This document shows, in pieces, positions 10,079 through 20,807 of a stretch of DNA of 64,000 nt. The notes under the pieces were generated by a model. The model worked only from the letters and a program-made list of their open reading frames with translations, did no database searches and was not told the DNA's origin. The stretch is from contig JAZQII010000059.1 in assembly GCA_045541035.1 (NCBI GenBank), positions 899 through 64,898 of the forward strand, in the 5' to 3' direction. The position numbers and the translations under genes were made by a program. Each line of letters begins with the position of its first letter. The stretch's first letter is position 1. This DNA is from Clostridia bacterium. GTDB taxonomy: Bacteria > Bacillota > Clostridia > Christensenellales > QALW01.

Positions 10079-11320
10079 ATGGAAAACAAACAAAAAAAGT
10101 TCAATTATGTTTACGTCATTTACGCACTTGCTTTTTTAATGATATTTGTCGGTATCGGTTTTGCAGGTAACGTAAGAACACTTTTTATTCAGCCGGTGTG
10201 CGACGGTCTTAACGTTGAAAGAGATATTTTTTCATTATCCGAAAGTATCCGTTTTATTGCAAACGCGCTGATGAGTTTTGCCTTTGGCTTTTTATTGCAT
10301 AAGATCGGACAACGGAAGATGATCGCTTTAGGCTTTGGGTGCCTTGCGGGTGCCATGCTTATTTACTCTTATGCGCCAATAATATATATATTCTGGATAG
10401 GAAGCGTGCTTTTTGGTTTCGGCGCATCTCTTATTACAACAAATATGATAGGAAGTATCATGAACAGTTGGGGCGATAAGAATAAAGGCACGATGACAGG
10501 TCTTGCGCTTTCTGCCAGTGGTATAGGCGGTGCAGTAGCAACACAGTTTGTTTCGCCCATTATTGAAAATCCTGATTTAGGTTACAGAAAAGCATATTTA
10601 TTTTGCGGTATTGTAATTCTGATAACGGGAATCGTTATAGTTCTTTTGTACAGAAATAAAGGTGATGCCGTCAAAAATAAAAAACAAGCCCGTGACTTTG
10701 GTTGGGAAGGCATAGCCTTTGAAGATGCTCTGAAAAGACCTTATTTTTATATTTTTATTGTGTGTATTTTCTTTACGGGATTTGTTCTGCAAGCCATGAC
10801 CGGTACTTCAACCCAACATATGAAAGATGTTTTTCAGGATCCGGTATATGTAACAAATATTTTAAGTAGTCATCTTTTGATTCTTACTGCCTTAAAATTC
10901 CTGACCGGATTTATCTATGATAAGTTTGGAATAAAGGTTGCTTTCAGTATTTGTGCGGTTGCAAGTGTTATGTCACTTATGTTCCTTGCTTTTATGCAAA
11001 ATAATATTATCGGTAAAGGCTTTGCAATAGGTTATGCAGTTGTTTCGTGTATTGGTGTTCCTCTTGAAACGATTATGCTTCCCATATTTGCTTCAGAATT
11101 TTTCGGACCTAAATCTTACGATAAAGCATTGGGAATAATTTCAGGCTTTAACGTTGCAGGATATGCGGTAGGCTCATTTGTAATCAACAAGATATGCGTT
11201 ATTGCCGGCGGTTACGAAAAAGGCTATTTTATTTTCGGTTTGATCATGATCACGATATTCTTCTTAATGCTTTACGTAATCAGCGCATCAAGAAAAGAAC
11301 GCTTAAAAAGCATAAAATAA
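10079..11320 (+). CDS. MFS transporter
   Basis: About 12 hydrophobic segments; GFIYDKFG motif. Confidence 0.85.
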   Translation: MENKQKKFNYVYVIYALAFLMIFVGIGFAGNVRTLFIQPVCDGLNVERDIFSLSESIRFIANALMSFAFGFLLHKIGQRKMIALGFGCLAGAMLIYSYAPIIYIFWIGSVLFGFGASLITTNMIGSIMNSWGDKNKGTMTGLALSASGIGGAVATQFVSPIIENPDLGYRKAYLFCGIVILITGIVIVLLYRNKGDAVKNKKQARDFGWEGIAFEDALKRPYFYIFIVCIFFTGFVLQAMTGTSTQHMKDVFQDPVYVTNILSSHLLILTALKFLTGFIYDKFGIKVAFSICAVASVMSLMFLAFMQNNIIGKGFAIGYAVVSCIGVPLETIMLPIFASEFFGPKSYDKALGIISGFNVAGYAVGSFVINKICVIAGGYEKGYFIFGLIMITIFFLMLYVISASRKERLKSIK

Positions 11321-11377
11321 AGCAGGAAAAACTCCTGCTTTTTTGCTCAAAAAAATGCCCCGAATTTTCGGGGCATT
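11321..11377. terminator. Two back-to-back terminators between convergent MFS and pckG
   Basis: AGCAGG/CCTGCT followed by a T run; AATGCCCCGAA/TTCGGGGCATT. Confidence 0.75.
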
Positions 11378-11380
11378 AAA

Positions 11381-13156
11381 TTATTTGTTGAGGTTTGCCT
11401 TAAGAGTCTTAAGTTCATCCTGAAGTTTAGCAGGTACTCTGCCAAGTTTAGCATAGAACTCATCGATTCCTACGGTTTCTTCTTTCCAAAGTTGAGTATC
11501 AACGTTAAGAAGTTCCTTAACAGTATCAACTGTAATATCAAGACCTTCGATGTTGATATCTTCTGCCTTGGGAACGTAACCGATAGCGGTTTCGTTTGCA
11601 TCCATTGTGCCGTCGCATCTGCCGAGGATCCACATAAGAACGCGCATGTTATCACCAAAGCCGGGCCAAATGAAATGACCTTCATCATCAGTTCTGAACC
11701 AGTTAACGTTGAAGATCTTGGGAGCCTTGTCGCCAAGTTTTTCACCCATCTGAAGCCAATGTGCAAAGTAATCGTTTGCATTGTAGCCGATGAAGGGAAG
11801 CATAGCCATAGGATCGCGGCGAACAACACCTACTGCGCCTGCGGCTGCTGCAGTTGTTTCTGAAGCCATTGTTGAACCTACGAATACACCGTGCTGCCAA
11901 TCTCTTGACTGATATACCAAGGGAGCGGTCTTTGCACGTCTGCCACCGAAGATGATAGCGGAGATGGGAACGCCTGCGCCTGAATTGAATTCAGATGAAA
12001 TGCAGGGGCAGTTTTCAGCAGGAGCTGTGAAACGGCTGTTGGGATGTGCTGCATAAGTTGACTTATCTTTCTTATCAAACATAGCAGGAGTCCATTTATT
12101 GCCTTTCCAGTCAATAGCATGTTCAGGCTTCTCGTCTGTCATACCTTCCCACCAAACGGTGTTATCTGAAGTATCAAGAGCAACGTTTGTGAAGATAGCA
12201 TTCTTCTTTGTGCTTGCAAGAGCGTTGTAGTTTGAATGAGCGTTTGTTCCGGGTGCTACGCCGAAGAAGCCGTTTTCGGGGTTGATAGCCCAAAGTCTTC
12301 CATCGGGACCTTGACGGAGCCATGCGATATCATCGCCAACGCACCATACTTTGTAGCCTTCCTTCTTGTAAAGTTCCGGAGGAATAAGCATAGCAAGGTT
12401 TGTTTTGCCGCAAGCGGAGGGGAATGCTGCTGCAATGTATTTAACTTCGCCCTTGGGATTTTCAATACCTAAAATGAGCATGTGTTCTGCCATCCAGCCT
12501 TCCTTATTAGCAAGGTAGGAAGCAATACGAAGTGCAAAGCACTTTTTACCTAAAAGAACGTTTCCGCCGTAGCCTGAGTTAATTGACCAGATTGCATTAT
12601 CCTCAGGGAAGTGGCAGATATATCTGTCTTCTTCTGAAAGCTGTGCCTTGGAGTGAAGACCTTTAACGAAGTCACCGTCACCAAGCTGATCAAGAACTGC
12701 TTTGCCCATACGTGTCATAATTGCCATTGAAACAACAACGTAGATAGAGTCAGTAAGTTCGATACCGATCTTTGAGAACTCTGAACCAACGGGGCCCATT
12801 GAATAGGGGATAACGTACATTGTTCTGCCCTTCATTGAACCGTCAAAAAGCTTGCCTAACTTGGCATATGCTTCAGAGGGAGCCATCCAGTTGTTTGTGG
12901 GGCCTGCGCCGTCTTCGGTTGAGGTGCAGATGAAAGTGCGCTGTTCAACACGGGCTACGTCGTTAAGTGCTGAACGGTGAAGGTAGCAACCGGGAAGTTT
13001 TTCTTCGTTAAGCTTAATAAGCTCACCGGTAGCCATTGCTTCTTTACGAAGCATTTCAAGCTGTTCTTCGCTGCCATCGATCCACATAATGCTTTCGGGC
13101 TTTGTAAGAGCTGCCATTTCATCAACCCAATTTAAAAGCTTGATGTTTTTTGTCAT
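11381..13156 (-). CDS. pckG: Phosphoenolpyruvate carboxykinase (GTP)
   Basis: GYGGNVLLGKKC, WMAEHM, AFPSACGKTNLAM, VGDDIAW, AINPENGFFGV and HPNSRF motifs. Confidence 0.97.
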   Translation of the reverse strand: MTKNIKLLNWVDEMAALTKPESIMWIDGSEEQLEMLRKEAMATGELIKLNEEKLPGCYLHRSALNDVARVEQRTFICTSTEDGAGPTNNWMAPSEAYAKLGKLFDGSMKGRTMYVIPYSMGPVGSEFSKIGIELTDSIYVVVSMAIMTRMGKAVLDQLGDGDFVKGLHSKAQLSEEDRYICHFPEDNAIWSINSGYGGNVLLGKKCFALRIASYLANKEGWMAEHMLILGIENPKGEVKYIAAAFPSACGKTNLAMLIPPELYKKEGYKVWCVGDDIAWLRQGPDGRLWAINPENGFFGVAPGTNAHSNYNALASTKKNAIFTNVALDTSDNTVWWEGMTDEKPEHAIDWKGNKWTPAMFDKKDKSTYAAHPNSRFTAPAENCPCISSEFNSGAGVPISAIIFGGRRAKTAPLVYQSRDWQHGVFVGSTMASETTAAAAGAVGVVRRDPMAMLPFIGYNANDYFAHWLQMGEKLGDKAPKIFNVNWFRTDDEGHFIWPGFGDNMRVLMWILGRCDGTMDANETAIGYVPKAEDINIEGLDITVDTVKELLNVDTQLWKEETVGIDEFYAKLGRVPAKLQDELKTLKANLNK

Positions 13157-13399
13157 TTTAAATGACCTCCTTAAATTATTAGAAATAAGGCGTGCATAGG
13201 TTATTATATCCTAAATCTCGCCAATTTAATTTTCTTAAATAAATTATATCCGAAATACCTATATTTGGCAACAATATTTTGAAGGATATAAACAAAATTT
13301 ATTCAAAATTCATCATGTTTTCATATAATTTGCATTGATTCTGCAAGAAAAATTGCAAAAAGAGAGATTTTGAAATTAAATGAAGCAAAAATATTGATA

Positions 13400-13446
13400 T
13401 TGACAAATTGAAAAACAAGTGATAGAATTAGTGCAATCGGTTGCAC
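13400..13446 (+). promoter_or_regulatory. SigA promoter and LacI-type operator
   Basis: TTGACA(13400)-17 bp-TAGAAT(13423) with TG extension. Palindrome GTGCAATCGGTTGCAC at 13431-13446 abuts the RBS. Confidence 0.75.
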
Positions 13447-13456
13447 AGGAGGAAAT

Positions 13457-14452
13457 ATGGATAAAAAAGTAACGATATATTCTATTGCAGAAGAACTTGG
13501 ATACACACCTTCAATGGTGAGCAGAGCACTTTCTGAAAAAGGCAAAGTCAGCGAAGATAAGCGAAAAAAAGTAATTGAACTTGCTCAAAAATATAATTTT
13601 GCACCAAATAAGTTTGCTTCAAGAATGAGTAAAGGTGAAATTAAAATCGGTTGCATTCTCGTATCAAGAACAAAGCGCATTGATGAAGAAATGATAATTG
13701 GCTTTAAAAAGGCTTTTAATGAACTTCGTGATTATAAAATTCATTATGAAGTGATTGCTGTTTCCACATTTAATAATTTAGATGTAGAAGATGAACTTAA
13801 AAATGCTTTATTAAAGTTTATTGAATTTGACGGTATAATTATTTCGGGTATGGGCGATAACCGCTTTACGGAAATATTAAAGAAATTTAAAATTCCCAAA
13901 CTCGTTTTTTTACAAACTGTAAATGAAGAAATACCGTATCTTTTTGCATCAAAGCACAATGAATGTCTTGCGGCAGAGTGTGCATCTGATTTTCTTTTTT
14001 CAGCCAGATGTAAAAATGTTTTCCTTTTTACGGGAAATCAAGATAGTTCACTTCATTTAAGTGCAAAAGAAGTTTTTTTAGAAAAAAGCAAATTTAATGT
14101 CAAAGGCGTTTTTGACATGCGCGATGATGAAAAAATTTTAGAAGAAAACGTTGAAAAACTTATAACCGATGATATTGACGGTATCTATATAACAAGCGGA
14201 AATTCTCTTTCTCTGTGCGAATTTTTGAGAAAAAAACAGAAAAACATAACGCTTGTATGCACAGATACTTTTAAAGAACTTAATCAATATTTTTCCGATA
14301 ACATTATTGATATGACTATTGATCAAAACATTTCGGGACAAGCATATTTTGCCTTTCACGGTTTATGTATGAATATTTTAAAAGGTCAGCAGATCGAAAA
14401 AAATTTATATACCGAAATTAAATTAAAAACAAAAAGCATGATAGAGGTATAA
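13457..14452 (+). CDS. LacI-family transcriptional regulator
   Basis: VTIYSIAEELGYTPSMVSRAL HTH, YNFAPN hinge, periplasmic-binding-type core. Confidence 0.9.
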   Translation: MDKKVTIYSIAEELGYTPSMVSRALSEKGKVSEDKRKKVIELAQKYNFAPNKFASRMSKGEIKIGCILVSRTKRIDEEMIIGFKKAFNELRDYKIHYEVIAVSTFNNLDVEDELKNALLKFIEFDGIIISGMGDNRFTEILKKFKIPKLVFLQTVNEEIPYLFASKHNECLAAECASDFLFSARCKNVFLFTGNQDSSLHLSAKEVFLEKSKFNVKGVFDMRDDEKILEENVEKLITDDIDGIYITSGNSLSLCEFLRKKQKNITLVCTDTFKELNQYFSDNIIDMTIDQNISGQAYFAFHGLCMNILKGQQIEKNLYTEIKLKTKSMIEV

Positions 14453-14453
14453 G

Positions 14454-15296
14454 ATGGTAATATTGCTTTTAATTTCGATAATAGCGGTTGTTGTGATGAA
14501 TTGTTTGTCGAATTACGTTGGAAAAAAATATATTTGTGAAGCAAAGGATACATACTTATTTAACCGTATCCAATATTTTGTGCCGTTTGTAATTTTTTTA
14601 TGTATTTCTCTTACACAAAAAATATCATGGTTTGCGGTTGTTTTTGGTTTTATATTTGGAATATTTACCGTTCTTTCGGGGGTAAGCAAATTGGTGGCCT
14701 TATCCATTGGACCTATGTATATAACTAATTTGATAATTACCTCATCAATGATAATCCCAACTGTTTCAGGAGTGTTTTTTGGCGAGAAACTAAGTTATTT
14801 AAAAATCATTTTTATATTGTTTCTTGTTTTCTTCTTGTTTATTACAACTTTCAAAAAGGAAAATAATAAAAGTTTTAGTACAAAATGGCTGATTTTTTCC
14901 ATTGTTGCTTTTTTATTTTGTGGCGCAATAGGTGTTTTGCAGAAAATTTTTCGTTCTACAGAGTTTGGAGATCAAACAAGTCCTTTTCTTGCAAGTGCGT
15001 TTTTAGTTTCGTTTTTATATTCGTTTTTTAAGGCACGCGGAAAGCACAAAAAAAATAATAAAAATTTTGTTGTTACGGCAATTATCTGCGGAGTATGCGT
15101 GTATTTGTGTAATCACATAAATTTGTATCTTTCAGGCATAATTGAAAGTCAGTTGTTTTTTCCTTTGGTAAACGGAATTCCTCTTGTTTTATGTTCAATA
15201 TTGGCTTTTACTGTGTTTAAAGAAAAATTTAAACCTATTCAAATGATAGGTCTTATCGGCGGAATAGCGTGTCTTATTTTGATTTGTCTTGTGTGA
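14454..15296 (+). CDS. EamA/DMT family transporter
   Basis: About 10 TM segments in two repeats; SGVFFGE and FTVFKE motifs. Confidence 0.75.
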   Translation: MVILLLISIIAVVVMNCLSNYVGKKYICEAKDTYLFNRIQYFVPFVIFLCISLTQKISWFAVVFGFIFGIFTVLSGVSKLVALSIGPMYITNLIITSSMIIPTVSGVFFGEKLSYLKIIFILFLVFFLFITTFKKENNKSFSTKWLIFSIVAFLFCGAIGVLQKIFRSTEFGDQTSPFLASAFLVSFLYSFFKARGKHKKNNKNFVVTAIICGVCVYLCNHINLYLSGIIESQLFFPLVNGIPLVLCSILAFTVFKEKFKPIQMIGLIGGIACLILICLV

Positions 15297-15304
15297 GGTA
15301 GAAA

Positions 15305-17146
15305 ATGGATTTTAAATTTAATTACGGAAACAGAGAATATTCTTTTAAAGATTTTAAGGATAACAAACTCAAAATAGAAAATCTTCTTGTAACTCTTGAA
15401 TTAAAGGAATATAGTGAGTTTTCTGCAAAAGAGTGGCTGTTGTATTTTGAAAATATCGGTGAAGAAGATACTGATATTATTTCAGATATTTCCGATTGCA
15501 ATTATGTAATAGAACTTCCCCAAATTGAAAGCACCACAACTGCATATATTCCACCCAAAAACTCAAGAAGCGTTTTTACGATGGCAGGTATGATTGATGG
15601 CTACGCTTATACTGAAAACGATACATTAAGTGCAACTGAATTTTCACGCCATCAGGAGTTTTTAAGAAAAGGTCAAAAAAAGACTTTTGAAAATCTCGGT
15701 GCACGTTCAAGTGACGTTATGATGCCATTTTTTGATGTTTGTGCAGATGAATGTGGCGCAATGGTTGCAATCGGTTGGACGGGATCGTGGAAAGCCGAGT
15801 TTTTAGAGTGTAACGACGGTGTGCTTGTTACAACCGGATTATCAAGAACTCACTTTTATCTTAAAAAAGGCGAAAAAGTGCGCACGTCCTCAACTTTGAT
15901 TATGAATTACGAAAAAGGTGAGGATCATTTTAATAAATTCAGGAAGTTACTTTACAAATACTATTCCCACATTAAAACAGATGAGCCTGATGGTCTTTGT
16001 GCATATGAATTGTGGGGCGGTCTTCCAACAGAAGAAATGCTTAACAGAATGGCACGATTAAAAAAGCATAACGTTAAGTTTGAACAGACGTGGATAGATG
16101 CAGGCTGGTATGGACAATGTGAAAACTGTATCGACCCTTTTAATGGTGATTGGTCCGGTCATACGGGGGAGTGGGACGTCAATCTTAAAGTACACCCAAA
16201 TGGATTAAAAGACGTTGCAGATACAGTAAAAGAGATGGGAGCACCGCTTATGTTTTGGCTGGAGCCTGAACGTGCTTGTCCTGATGTGCCTATTGTAAAA
16301 GAACACCCTGACTGGCTTTTGAAATCTGATGAAAATAATAATTTTATTGTCTATTACGGTATTGAAGAAGCCTACAAATACGTTTTTGATTTGATTTCAT
16401 CATATGTGGAAAAATTCAATATGGCTTGCTACCGCCAAGACTTCAACGTTAAGCTTACCGATTATTTTGAAAAAAATGATGAAGAAAACAGACAAGGCAT
16501 TACAGAAATTAAGCATATAATGGGTGTGTATCGCCTTTTTGATGAACTGCATGAAAAATATCCGAATCTTTTAATTGATAACTGTTCTTCAGGTGGCAGA
16601 CGGATTGATATTGAAATGCTTAAACGTTCAATAGTTTTCTTTCGCAGTGATTATCAGTGCGAATTTAACCTTACCGCAGAAGTTTTACAGGTACATAATT
16701 CAGGGGCACAGAAGTATTTTCCGCTTCTTGGTTGCACAACGAAAATGCACGATAAATATTCAATAAGAAGTGCATATTCTGCAAGTTTTGGCGGTGCATT
16801 CTATAACGCATATTTTCAGAATATGACAGATTCTGAACTTGATTTTATTTCTGAAATTTTGGAAGAATATAAATCTATTCGTAAATATTTCTCCAAAAAC
16901 TTTTACAATTTAGCATCTGAAGTGTTAGATATGACTTCGTGGACGGTGTGGCGATTCCACGATGATGAAAAAGATGAGGGAATTATTATGGCGTTTCGCC
17001 GCGAAAATTCGCCTTTTGATACTTTTACTGTCGAATTTGAAAAAGAATATGATGTTCTTAATCTTGATACGCGTGAAAAAATAAAAAACAAAACACTTAA
17101 TATTGTTTTAAATGAAAAACGCTCATCCGTAATTTTTAAGTATTAA
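15305..17146 (+). CDS. GH36 alpha-galactosidase-like protein
   Basis: IDAGWYG, FWLEPE, YRQDFN, IDNCSSGGRRID and RSD motifs. Confidence 0.85.
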   Translation: MDFKFNYGNREYSFKDFKDNKLKIENLLVTLELKEYSEFSAKEWLLYFENIGEEDTDIISDISDCNYVIELPQIESTTTAYIPPKNSRSVFTMAGMIDGYAYTENDTLSATEFSRHQEFLRKGQKKTFENLGARSSDVMMPFFDVCADECGAMVAIGWTGSWKAEFLECNDGVLVTTGLSRTHFYLKKGEKVRTSSTLIMNYEKGEDHFNKFRKLLYKYYSHIKTDEPDGLCAYELWGGLPTEEMLNRMARLKKHNVKFEQTWIDAGWYGQCENCIDPFNGDWSGHTGEWDVNLKVHPNGLKDVADTVKEMGAPLMFWLEPERACPDVPIVKEHPDWLLKSDENNNFIVYYGIEEAYKYVFDLISSYVEKFNMACYRQDFNVKLTDYFEKNDEENRQGITEIKHIMGVYRLFDELHEKYPNLLIDNCSSGGRRIDIEMLKRSIVFFRSDYQCEFNLTAEVLQVHNSGAQKYFPLLGCTTKMHDKYSIRSAYSASFGGAFYNAYFQNMTDSELDFISEILEEYKSIRKYFSKNFYNLASEVLDMTSWTVWRFHDDEKDEGIIMAFRRENSPFDTFTVEFEKEYDVLNLDTREKIKNKTLNIVLNEKRSSVIFKY

Positions 17147-17159
17147 TTTCGTTTTGCTA

Positions 17160-17188
17160 TAGACAAATGAGAAAAATTTTTGTATAAT
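17160..17188 (+). promoter_or_regulatory. SigA-type promoter for the GH127 gene
   Basis: TAGACA-17 bp-TATAAT with TG extension. Confidence 0.6.
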
Positions 17189-17222
17189 CTATCAGGAACT
17201 TGTTTTGTGGAGGTTTTTTGAT

Positions 17223-19064
17223 ATGGTAAACAAAATAGTTAAAGAAATTGATAATTTGCGCGTTTTAAATAAACAAGACGAAATTTTAATGAGTTTTGAC
17301 GGTTTATTAAAAGAGGCAGTCAGATTTGCTGAGCGCAATCAGATATGCGAAGTAGGTTTATGGCGAAAATTCGTTGATCTTTTCCGTTGGGGGAAAGACG
17401 GCTGCGGCGAAGTTTGGGTAAGTTGGCGAAGCGAATATTGGGGTAAAATGATGCGCGGTGCTTCAATGGTAGTGCGCTATACCCGTGATGATGAAATGTA
17501 CACAATTCTTGAAGACAGCGTTCGCGATATGCTTACTGCCGAAGATGATTTAGGCAGAATTTCAGGATATTCTGTTGAAGAAGAATTTCAGCGTTGGGAT
17601 CTTTGGGGCAGAAAATACGTTATGCTCGGCATGATGTATTTTATGGAAATTTCCAAGGATGAAGAACTTAACAAAGAACTTATTGCTTCAATGTGCCGTC
17701 AGGCAGATTATATAATTGAGCGTATAGGTGAAAATAAACTTGATATCCGCACTTGCTCCAAAAATTGGGAAGGCATGAATTCCTGCTCAATTTTAGAGCC
17801 TATCGTGCGCTTGTACCGCCTTACAAACAATGAAAAATATCTTAAATTTGCCGAATATATTATTTCAACGGGATTTATTCAGTCGGATAATATTATCGAA
17901 CTTGCTTATAAAGACGTTGCACCTCATAAATTCCCCGTTGTTAAGGCTTATGAGATGATGTCATGCTTTGAAGGCTTATTGCAGTATTATTATCTTACAG
18001 GCATCGAAAAGCATAAAACCGCCCTTCTTAATTTAGGAAAAAACATTATAAAGGAAGAATTAAGTATTATCGGTTGCAGCGGTTGCACTCATGAACTTTT
18101 TGACCATACAAGAGTAAGACAGACTCAAACCGATTACGAAGGTATTATCCAGGAAACCTGCGTTACCGTTACCTGGATGAAATTTGCCTCTGCATTGCTT
18201 GAACTTTCAGGGGAAAGTATCTATGCAGATAAAATTGAACAGTCATTCTATAATGCCTATATGGGCGCGTTTAATACAGAGCGTGCAACGTTCCGGCGCG
18301 GTAATGGTGACGTGCCTCAGGTATTACCTTACGATAGTTATGCACCTCTTGTTGCCGATAGACGCGGCAGACAGACCGGTGGTTACAACTCTTTCCCCGA
18401 TAAAACATTCTACGGTTGCTGTGCTTGTATCGGCGCGGCAGGCGCAGGCGTTATTCCCGAAATCGCTTTAATGAAAAATAAAAACGGTGTTACAATTAAC
18501 TATTACGAAAAAGGCGAAATAACAACAAAAACACCTTTAGAAAATTCTTTAAAAATTTTTATGGATACAAGATATCCCTATGACGGCAAGATCAAATTAA
18601 CACTTGAACTTGAAAAAGAAGAGAAATTTGATATTTGTGTCAGAATTCCTTCATGGTGCGATAGTGCCTACGTAAACAACAATAAGGCAGAAAAAGGCTA
18701 CTTTACGTTAAATAACACATGGAAAAACGGTGATGAAATAGTAATTGATCTTGAAATGCAGATCAAAAAGATTCTTCCCGATTCCGATCAGGTTAATGCC
18801 GATATGTTTGCCGCTTATATGTTTGGACCTCTTGTTTTAGCAGCAGATAAGCGCATCTGTGATCCTGATGGAAAATTTGAAGTTCTTTTGGATGAAAAGG
18901 GTTACGTCAAAGGAGAAAAAGTTTATTGCCCCGAAATTAAAGAGGCGCATATTTGCTTTGAAATTCCCCTTGTTAACGGTGAAAAGATCAGACTTATCGA
19001 TTATGCATCGGCAGGCAAAACTTGGACAGATGAATCACGTTGCGCCGCTTGGATAAGAAAATAA
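17223..19064 (+). CDS. GH127 beta-L-arabinofuranosidase-like protein
   Basis: WRSEYWGK, KAYEMMSCFEG, ETCVTVTW, GCCA, YPYDG, RIPSW and GPLVLA motifs. Start at ATG 17223 after GGAGG. Confidence 0.85.
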   Translation: MVNKIVKEIDNLRVLNKQDEILMSFDGLLKEAVRFAERNQICEVGLWRKFVDLFRWGKDGCGEVWVSWRSEYWGKMMRGASMVVRYTRDDEMYTILEDSVRDMLTAEDDLGRISGYSVEEEFQRWDLWGRKYVMLGMMYFMEISKDEELNKELIASMCRQADYIIERIGENKLDIRTCSKNWEGMNSCSILEPIVRLYRLTNNEKYLKFAEYIISTGFIQSDNIIELAYKDVAPHKFPVVKAYEMMSCFEGLLQYYYLTGIEKHKTALLNLGKNIIKEELSIIGCSGCTHELFDHTRVRQTQTDYEGIIQETCVTVTWMKFASALLELSGESIYADKIEQSFYNAYMGAFNTERATFRRGNGDVPQVLPYDSYAPLVADRRGRQTGGYNSFPDKTFYGCCACIGAAGAGVIPEIALMKNKNGVTINYYEKGEITTKTPLENSLKIFMDTRYPYDGKIKLTLELEKEEKFDICVRIPSWCDSAYVNNNKAEKGYFTLNNTWKNGDEIVIDLEMQIKKILPDSDQVNADMFAAYMFGPLVLAADKRICDPDGKFEVLLDEKGYVKGEKVYCPEIKEAHICFEIPLVNGEKIRLIDYASAGKTWTDESRCAAWIRK

Positions 19065-19068
19065 AAAA

Positions 19069-19094
19069 ATACCGCAGAAAAAAATCTGCGGTAT
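19069..19094. terminator. Bidirectional terminator
   Basis: ATACCGCAGA/TCTGCGGTAT stem with A- and T-rich flanks. Confidence 0.75.
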
Positions 19095-19101
19095 AATTTT
19101 T

Positions 19102-19905
19102 TTAAAATATAATATGTAAAACAAATTTATCAAGGCAAACTAAAAATCCTAAAACAAGAGTATATATTGCAAAGGGTTTAAAGGATTTGTTTCTGATTAA
19201 ATGAAGCATATATTTAATTGCTAAAAATCCTACGATAAATGCGGCTATCATACCAAGTATTGTTGCAAACCACGTTATTTTCACTTCTGAATCGTTACCG
19301 TTTATTATAAGTTTCAATACGTCCCAACAGAAAGCGCCTAAAATTGCGGGAATGCTCATTAAAAATGAAAAACGCGCTAAAAACTTTCTGTCCATTCCGA
19401 AGAACACACCGCCTGCAATGGTGGAGCCTGAACGTGAGATACCTGAAATAGTCGCAATACCTTGAACACAACCTACAAGTGAAGCATCTTTCCAAGTGAT
19501 GTCTTCAAGTTTTTTCTTCGCATAATTTGATGAGATCATTTCCATCGTATAAAGAAGAATACCCGTTATCATGAAACCGTAGCCTAAGAATGCGCTTGAA
19601 AAACTGTCGGGCAAAATCACTTCAAGTAAAACTGCAATTATAACGGTAGGAATCGTTGCAGCAATTATCATAAAAGTAAGTTTTTGCTTGGGATGCCTGA
19701 TAATTGACCATATATCTTTCCAAAACACTATAAAAACAGCCAAAAGCGTACCTATATGCAAACAAACGTCAAAAAGCCTCGGAACTTCTTCAACACCTAA
19801 AATATGCTCGAACAATGCAAGATGTCCGCTTGATGAGATAGGTAAAAATTCTGCAAGACCTTGTATAATTCCCAAAATAATGGATTGCCACCATGAAATT
19901 TCCAT
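19102..19905 (-). CDS. uppP: Undecaprenyl-diphosphate phosphatase
   Basis: QGLAEFLPISSSGH, GISRSGSTI and RFSFLMSIP motifs. Confidence 0.95.
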   Translation of the reverse strand: MEISWWQSIILGIIQGLAEFLPISSSGHLALFEHILGVEEVPRLFDVCLHIGTLLAVFIVFWKDIWSIIRHPKQKLTFMIIAATIPTVIIAVLLEVILPDSFSSAFLGYGFMITGILLYTMEMISSNYAKKKLEDITWKDASLVGCVQGIATISGISRSGSTIAGGVFFGMDRKFLARFSFLMSIPAILGAFCWDVLKLIINGNDSEVKITWFATILGMIAAFIVGFLAIKYMLHLIRNKSFKPFAIYTLVLGFLVCLDKFVLHIIF

Positions 19906-20100
19906 ACGTAACGCCTCCTTAGTTTAGATAAGTATATCATAAAATATCCTAAATGTCGAAATATTTTTTTAATTATATGAATTTAACAAAAAATTAAGAA
20001 CAAACTCCTTGCTATTTTTCCAAAAATATGTATAATAATATAGGCGACGGAATGTGTTCCGTTCAGAAAACAGAAAATAATATTTAGGAGGATATATTTT

Positions 20101-20793
20101 ATGCAATACTCACATGAAGTTGAAGAAATGATTTGTGTTGCAAAGGGTGCTAAGCACGATCCTGCTCCTATTCCCGAAGAAGGCGCTTGGGTGGCTTCAA
20201 AGGAAGTTAAGGATATTTCAGGTCTTACCCACGGTATCGGTTGGTGCGCACCTCAGCAGGGCACATGCAAACTTACCCTTAACGTTAAGGAAGGTATCAT
20301 TCAGGAGGCACTTGTTGAAACAATCGGTTGCTCAGGTATGACACACTCTGCTGCTATGGCTGCAGAAGTTCTTCCCGGCAAAACAGTTTTAGAGGCTCTT
20401 AATACTGACCTTGTTTGTGATGCTATCAACGTTGCAATGCGTGAACTTTTCCTTCAGATCGCTTACGGCAGAACACAGACTGCTTTCTCTGAGGGCGGAC
20501 TTCCCATCGGTGCAGGTATGGAAGACTTAGGTAAAGGTCTCCGTTCACAGGTTGGTACAATGTACTCAACTGCCGCAAAGGGTGTTAGATACCTTGAAAT
20601 GGCTGAAGGCTATATTTTAGAAGAAGGTCTTGATGAGAACAACGAAGTTATCGGTTATAAGTTCGTTCACCTCGGAAAGATGATGGAAGCTATCAAGAAG
20701 GGTGTAGATCCTAAGGAAGCTTACGAAAAGAACATCGGTACTTATGGCAGATTTGCTGAAGCAAAGACTGTTATTGATCCCAGAAAGAAATAA
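20101..20793 (+). CDS. NifU_N/IscU-like domain protein, partner of the GGGtGRT protein
   Basis: WCAPQQGTCKLTL, ETIGCSGMTHS and LVCDAIN motifs; strong AGGAGG RBS. Confidence 0.8.
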   Translation: MQYSHEVEEMICVAKGAKHDPAPIPEEGAWVASKEVKDISGLTHGIGWCAPQQGTCKLTLNVKEGIIQEALVETIGCSGMTHSAAMAAEVLPGKTVLEALNTDLVCDAINVAMRELFLQIAYGRTQTAFSEGGLPIGAGMEDLGKGLRSQVGTMYSTAAKGVRYLEMAEGYILEEGLDENNEVIGYKFVHLGKMMEAIKKGVDPKEAYEKNIGTYGRFAEAKTVIDPRKK

Positions 20794-20807
20794 GGAGGAC
20801 GAAGAAT

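Noticed and set aside
19095-19125. dif-like ATAATATGTAAAAC
   Set aside because: No matching left arm; it overlaps the uppP stop and terminator in AT-rich DNA.
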